The notes under the pieces were generated by a model. That model did no database searches, was not told the DNA's origin, and was given only the letters and a program-made list of their open reading frames with translations. The position numbers and the translations under genes were made by a program. This document shows positions 57,323-64,000 of a stretch of 64,000 bases of DNA, piece after piece. Source of the DNA: Sphaerodactylus townsendi (taxonomy: Eukaryota); contig NC_059430.1 in assembly GCF_021028975.2 (NCBI RefSeq), positions 117,428,001-117,492,000 on the forward strand. Direction: 5' to 3'. Numbering within the stretch: position 1 is the stretch's first letter; each line of letters begins with the position of its first letter.

Positions 57323-57578
57323 AGTCTCTTGATCAGCAAGGAGAACTGGTTATCGGTAAGTAGAAGGCGAGGGAGCATTGTTAGTTCACTGCGTCCCTGC
57401 TCACAAGTTACGGTGCGCACGTGCTCAGTCCATGTCCAGCGCACGCTTGATTTTTCTTTATATGTGCATTAAGTAATTCTCGTGTGACGCTCAACATATG
57501 TACAGCTCAGCATGGGATCTAAACCCCACACTTATCCAAATAGCAGTCCTGGTTTTGTTTGTAAAGTGAACACATGTT

Positions 57579-57941
57579 GGCAGCAGTGGCGTAGGAGGTT
57601 AAGAGCTCGTGTACCTAATCTGGAGGAACCGGGTTTGATTCCCAGCTCTGCCGCCTGAGCTGTGGGGGCTTATCTGGGGAATTCAGATTAGCCTGTACAC
57701 TCCCACACACGCCAGCTGGGTGACCTTGGGCTAGTCACAGCTTCTCGGAGCTCTCTCAGCCCCACCCACCTCACAGGGTGTTTGTTGTGAGGGGGGAAGG
57801 GCAAGGAGATTGTAAGCCCCTTTGAGTCTCCTGCAGGAGAGAAAGGGGGGATATAAATCCAAACTCCTCCTCCTACTCCTCCCTATCTTCTTCTTCTTCT
57901 TCTTCTTCTTCTTCTTCTTCTTCTTCTTCTTCTTCTTCTTC
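57579..57941 (+). mobile_element. Squam3-like tRNA SINE with long (TTC)n tail
   Basis: Near-identical to 21385 and 60853 copies. Confidence 0.85.
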
Positions 57942-59768
57942 ATTTCATTACAAACAGATGTACATACACGCAATATAATGTGAACAGGGCTTATTTGGCT
58001 TCAGTTTTTGGGGGTGGGACTGTAGGGGTTCTTTTTTTTTTGGTTGGTTGGTTGGTTTTTCATAAGTCCTCGATTTTCCTTACAGACTTGAGAGAATCAA
58101 AGACCTAGTTTAACTACCATGCCAGGGAGAAATCTAGATGGACCAGAAGTCATGGGAAGCCAGAAACCACAACACAATGTTACTGAGCACGAGAAGGACT
58201 TCACTGCCGGAAAGACCCAACCTGGAGGAAACCTACACCGCATCTTATATTTTTCAGCCTCTATTTTTGGGGGATGGGGGGTGGGGGGGCAGTGGGATCA
58301 ATACGACCATGCTTAGGACTTGTTCCATCCTACTTGTCTGTGGCACAGGGATAGGTGGGAGGGAAGGCCAAGTGTGTTCTGTGGGGGCGGGGGGAGCTGA
58401 ACTGTGGAAGGAGGAAGACTGGAATGTACAGTTTACTTGCAGATTCTGCAAGGATATGAAAAGGGTGATCTTGAGATGAAACAAGACCTATTGAGGCGAA
58501 GGTTGATCTCCCAGGCATTTAAACTAGATTTCCTTCAGATTATTTGTCTCCTCTCCTCTCCTTCAAACAGGCAAGCAAGTTCCCAGAATGATGTCCGCCT
58601 TTGAATTTCCCCCCTTTCCTTGTTTTCAGGGGATAGAAAGAGAGTGGCCTGGTCTCTCCCTTGGGGGATGGAAGAATTGGTTGATGCATGCTACCAGAGA
58701 GGCTCTGACAAGCCGTATATATGCCCCATCCCCAGACTTCCTGGGAAGAAAGGTAGCAATGCGCTGTGTAACCATTGCAAATGTCCAAGGACCTGCCATG
58801 CCTTTGTGACGTTAAGCAGCTCAGGCTGCCATGACATTCACAATTTATTTCCCTATATTGTTCTACTTGATCTTACAGGAAGTCTCCTCTGCCAAACCTC
58901 ACATTCCTTGGAATTACTGGCATGGGAATTCACCATGCGATTGGGCTAACTTACCTGGGACATCCCAGTGCTACAGTACAAGGTTTCACCATTTAGGTCA
59001 CAGCCACAGTGTACAAAGCCAACCTGAGAGTAATCTATTGTTGCTAGCTGGGAGGCCTTTGCTTACGCCAAAGTGTGAAAACCTGCCCAGCGCTTCCATC
59101 ACAAGCCACAAACTTTCACATTGATGATCACGATTCATTATGTTAGACACTGACATTGTGGAAGAGATTCAGAGCCTGGAGGTCTTATTTCTGAGCCAAA
59201 TCACTTGATTTCTGTACTAGTTGTTGGCTGAATGTCAAGATGCCTTTTAGATACTTTACACTTTCCCCCCCTTTCTGAACAGCAGCCCAGAAATCAAACA
59301 GAAAACTTCCCCCATCCTCCCCAGGTTACAACCTTTAAATTGAAGCTGCATTTCCCCCATTTGTGGGTACTAAGTTTTTGAATCTCTTAAGTGTACCGTT
59401 TGTAATGTAGCTTAAGCTTGTACCGGCTGGTTGGATTTTTAGCCTCTGCTTTCTTTTGCGTAAATTTCCAGTGTGTATGTATGTCTGTTGAGTATATAGG
59501 ATTAAAGGGTCTTCTTCCCACACACACAGAGGTTTTGGTGTTATTCTCTCTTCTGCTGCGCCGATTTTCTTCACGTCTTCATGTCTTGCTTGTATGCAGA
59601 GCTGAAGAAAGTTTGTGGCCTCCCAAACATTCCAAAGGTGCACTGTGGGGCTTCCCTCTATGTTCCTGGCTGTGAAATATCTTCTTTTAAAAACTAAATA
59701 AACTCTTGCCTTTAAGATCTGATCAAATGTGAAACGCTGGACCCTTAAGTAAATGGTTGTTCCACTCT

Positions 59769-60011
59769 CAGAGGCGTAGCTAGGCCAGAGTGCGTAGCTA
59801 GGTCAGAAATGTAGTTCCCACCAGGCCAGGCAACGCGGGTAGGCTTCTTCTCTAGGATGTTCCATTCCTAAAAGTAAGTGGGGTGTGTGCCGTGGGGGGG
59901 CGGGAGGAGCCGCGAAAGGGGGGGCGGGGGGATTTTTCCGCCCCCGCGTGACCAGAATCGGTGTGTCCGGTGCGTTGTGCACCCCCCGGTCCCCTGGTGG
60001 CTTCACCACTG
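59769..60011. mobile_element. Non-autonomous hAT element
   Basis: CAGAGGCGTAGC...CACCACTG termini; TSD TCCACTCT. Confidence 0.75.
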
Positions 60012-60852
60012 TCCACTCTTAACAGATTTCTTGAGGTTTTTCCTTTTTAAGGGGGTGGATGGCTCTGGCTAGTGCTTGAGTCGGAGACAACCAAGGAATT
60101 CCAAGTTTGTTGAGCAGAGCCTGGCAATGGCAAACCACCTCTGTTAGTCTCTTCTCTTGAAAACAGTATGTGATCACCATAGGTTAGCCATGACTGGATG
60201 GCACTTCACACAAACACAGACACGGCTGTCCTCAGTTTGGAGCAATGGGCAACAGCCTTTAATGGCCATATGTGTGAAACAGAACCTTGGTGCCTGTCTG
60301 TTTGTGCCAGGCATGACAAAATGACTCCCCGGCCCTGTGCTTTGAAAGAGTTGCTTCAAATAGTGCAAGTACAATTTTGACCCCTGGCACAACCTGGGAA
60401 ACCCCATGTGGATTCTTTCGGCTGTGCTAAATTGGGTTGGCCGATCCAAAACTGAAGATAGCAGGCTTGTTAAAAGGTAGCATTAAACTTTGCAGGGCCT
60501 ATACGACTGTCTCAAGAAGGGGCTGGCTGCTGACCGGGCCTCTTGAGAGGTGTGATCTCTTCATCTCTAGAAGACAGTGCAGCGTTTATACTGTGCTGCT
60601 GTGGTTCAAGTGTTGAACTGGGATCTGGGGGTCCCAGGTTGAAAAACCCTGCCAGGCATGAAAAGCACTGGAAAATCATGGGCCATCTAATCTACGATAA
60701 GAGGGAAGCATAGATCATGTCCAGTCCCCTGAGCCACTTGGAGGAAGGATGGGTTTAAAAATGTGTGAGCTACAGCTGTATAGCCAAAGTAAGGCCGCGT
60801 GTGTTATGTACTGTGAGGTCTGTTCCAACTTATGGCAATTATCTTTCATTCA

Positions 60853-61163
60853 GGAGCAGCAGTGGCATAGGAGGTTAAGAGCTCGTGTATCTAATCTGGA
60901 GGAACCGGGTTTGATTCCCAGCTCTGCCGCCTGAGCTGTGGAGGCTTATCTGGGGAATTCAGATTAGCCTGTACACTCCCACACACGCCAGCTGGGTGAC
61001 CTTGGGCTAGTCACAGCTTCTCGGAGCTCTCTCAGCCCCATCTACCTCACAGGGTGTTTGTTGTGAGGGGGGAAGGGCAAGGAGATTGTCAGCCCCTTTG
61101 AGTCTCCTGCAGGAGAGAAAGGGGGGATATAAATCCAAACTCTTGTTCTTGTTCTTGTTCTTT
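60853..61163 (+). mobile_element. Squam3-like tRNA SINE
   Basis: Near-identical to 57579 copy; (TCTTGT)n tail. Confidence 0.85.
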
Positions 61164-62077
61164 CAACATGTCCTATCATTAACAGCCTTGCTCAGGTCTT
61201 GCAAACTAAGGACCATGGTTTCCTTTATGGATCATATGCATAGGATCTAGGTCATGTCTCCCCAATGTGCACATGGGCACCATTGCACTCCATGGTAACC
61301 AGCCTGACCTGGGATGGCATGGCATGGAGGGGGAGAGAATGGTCTTTCTGCCTGGAGTTCTGACCTGGCAGATCAGTGCCCTGAACAGAGCAGCCTGTTT
61401 CAATTCAGAACTCCATCTTGGGACTGTGTCTGACCTTTTGGGCAAGACTGCCTGAATGACCTCCTCCCTTGACCTCATGCCTTGCATGTACTCAGGAAAC
61501 AGCATTTGAATATGAACAACAGCACACCTGGACAAACCAGTTCTCCTTTGTCTATGTCTCTTCACCTATTCAAGGATCTTCCTCTGACTCACCCTTCTTG
61601 TGACCATCTGGGTGGTAACCCCCATTAAGGGTCGTTACCTGTTTATTGTCTAACACCTGGCAAAACCCATCAAGATAATGGGTGAGCCGTCAGGTCCATA
61701 GTCTGACACTCAAGATCATTGCAGCACCTGGGACAGCAGGAAAAATCCTTTGTTCAAAGGACTTCCTTTGGCCCAACACACATTTTTCCTTATAAAGGCA
61801 TGCCTGGGACCCCAGTTAAGTGTTCAATATTATCACACCCTACTTTGCTGTTTGATAATAGAGTTCCATAAGAGCTGATCATCCAGAGCCTAGTGCTGGC
61901 CCATTAGGTCTCTGTCTCCTGGATGTTCACTGCAAGTCTGGTAAATATAATATTTAATGTCCCATCGCTTTTCTCTATAGCCACAACCTGTCTTTCACCT
62001 CTAAATTGCATCCTGGGAAACCTTGTATGTGTGTGTTTTTACCCCCAGTAACTGAGTGATTGTGAGTGGGAATTTAT

Positions 62078-62530
62078 TCCATTTTCTTATTTTTTCAATA
62101 AAATCCTTTTAAAAAAAGAAATTAATTTTTCTGTGCTGGTTTCTTATGATGACCTGAAACCCATATACACTGAATATATATATATACCGCCCTCCCCCAA
62201 GGGGCTCATTATAAAATAATTTAGTTTGTTTCATTTTCTTATTTTCTCAATAAAATCCTTAAAAAAAATTAAAAATAACCTTAAAAAAAGAAATTTATTT
62301 TTCTGTGCTGGTTTCTTATGATTTCTTTCTGGTTTCTTTCTGTGCTGGTTTCTTAGGATGAGCTGAAACCCATATACACTGAATGAATATATATATATAA
62401 ATTTATTTATTTATTACTGCCCTCCCCCAAGGGGCTCATTATAAAATAATTCAGTTTATTTCATTTTCTTATTTTTTCAATAAAATCCTTTTTAAAAATT
62501 TATTTTTCTCTGCTGGTTTCTTATGATGAT
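62078..62530. repeat. AT-rich tandem duplication (~2.4 units of 150-230 bp)
   Basis: CATTTTCTTATTTTYTCAATAAAATCCTT...TGCTGGTTTCTTATGAT repeated three times; CCTCCCCCAAGGGGCTCATTATAAAATAAT twice. Confidence 0.8.
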
Positions 62531-64000
62531 AGATAAAGTTATCCAACACTCCCCAAGCCACGGTAAGTGACCTTTTGCTCTACAACTAACTTCCCCAACC
62601 AAAGAGGGTTGTTGCGTCCCACCATTTTGGGTTATGCCATGGTGATTGACAAGTTTTTTAAAAGGGGGGACCATTGCATAACTCGGGGGTGTCCAACACT
62701 GGTGCCCCAGATGTTAATGGACTACGATCCTCATCAAAGTTGGACACTCCTGACATAGCTTATTACCTGAGCTCATACAAAATGCAAAGGTAGCAGCTGC
62801 AGCCACTGGAGGGCCGGGAGGACTGGTAAGTACCTGGGCTTTCTTTGTCAGTGTGAGGATCTAAGCCTTTAGATTTTCAATCACCCTTCTCCCTCTTCTG
62901 TGATTCTTTTACAAAACGTAGAGGGAGGTGTCGTGTTTGGCTCTGCCTCCTGTGACATCCATTTTGGTTCGAGACTGCCTCCTGCAGCAGCCATTTTGAG
63001 ATGGGGCTCACCACCTACACTCAACATTTTATTATCGTACCCCACCCAGGGATTCAGGTGATGGGCAGGAAACACATTTACACAAATAAGTTTCCAAATG
63101 TGCCTGTAGGCATTTTTAAAGTACATTTCACCATTTTTGCAGACCCAAAGGTGATTCAGTTGGCAACTTAAAATTTTGCAGCAAAAGAAACATTGTGATG
63201 CATGCGGCTTTCTCAAAGCTGTAAATTTAAGGTCTTCAAAAGGTTTGCTTAGTTATTTGGTCATAGCCCTTTGTTCGCTGTGGGTCATTCCCACGTTACC
63301 AACCCTTCTTCAATAAACAGCAGTTTCCTCTCTCTTTTCCCCTTCCCAAAATTGCTTGTGGCTCTGTTTTCTGCTGAGAGGTGGTTGTATTCCCCCTGCA
63401 AACTTTACTTGAAGGCAAGAACTGTGTGTTTTCTGTGGCTTCCTGGATTTCACCATTTCCTGGCAGTAGGGGTATTTCTCGTTCCCAGGAATTCTTTAAG
63501 GTTGCAGAGGAAGGCTATTTAATTAAAGATTGCAGAGGAAGGCTATTTAATTAAAGTTTCCTTTGGAGAGGTTTCTGTAGTAGTTATAAATATTTCTGCA
63601 GTGTTCCATATCTGCAGGCCTTTTTAACTTCTGACATTTTGGTTTCTAATTTTAGAAATGCAATCAGCTTCCGTTTGTGAGAAGCAGGCAGGTTTTCAGG
63701 TAACCCAAAGTTATTTTTCTAGAACAGGGTTCGGGAACCTTTTCCCCTCAAAGAGCCATTTGGCTCACCCTCCCCCGCCACTTTACCTACTCTCCTCCGC
63801 GATTCCTCGATTTCACTTGTACTTGCTCGCGCGTCATTCGCCCGCTTTCACATACGCACAATAATAGACCCCCCGTGCCTGCAGGGCAGGCGAAGATGGG
63901 CTTGGCGGCTCGGCCTGATCAGCCGCCGGAAGAGCGCCCGCTTCGCAACCAGCGGGGCGGGCAGGAGGCAAAGCCCGCGGCGTGGACTGGCCGGCCGCGG

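Noticed and set aside
57731-57973. Poly-lysine ORF
   Set aside because: Antisense reading of the SINE (TTC)n tail
58086-58316. Further coding exon of the SCAN-only gene
   Set aside because: Early stops in all three frames after the acceptor; at most 3' UTR or a decayed exon
62758-62826. Possible exon ending in CTG/GTAAGT (also 63656-63699)
   Set aside because: Splice-like signals only; no recognisable domain and cannot be linked to a gene within the window

Overview
Eukaryotic vertebrate genomic DNA, almost certainly a squamate reptile and probably a gecko (inferred from Squam3-like tRNA SINEs, Penelope-derived palindromes and abundant hAT MITEs). Four genes were reconstructed by hand from splice sites. 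(1) A three-Ig-domain CD33/MAG-type Siglec on + (5124-8845) with no visible transmembrane or ITIM exons and two degraded splice donors. (2) A complete 11-exon PSMC4 (26S proteasome Rpt3, 418 aa) on - (13674-33297) with a U12-type intron 9. (3) A head-to-head ~836-aa gene on + (41792-48642) with an unusual Myb/SANT-like - coiled coil - SCAN - degenerate KRAB-A - CxxC/coiled-coil architecture and no zinc fingers. (4) A 280-aa SCAN-only gene on + (56480-57322) that keeps a relic of the retrotransposon Gag capsid N-terminal region. Introns and intergenic DNA are full of hAT and Harbinger-type MITEs (many with intact TSDs), SINEs, LINE remnants and Penelope-derived palindromes carrying minimal hammerhead ribozymes. 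Almost all other ORFs in the six-frame track are spurious.
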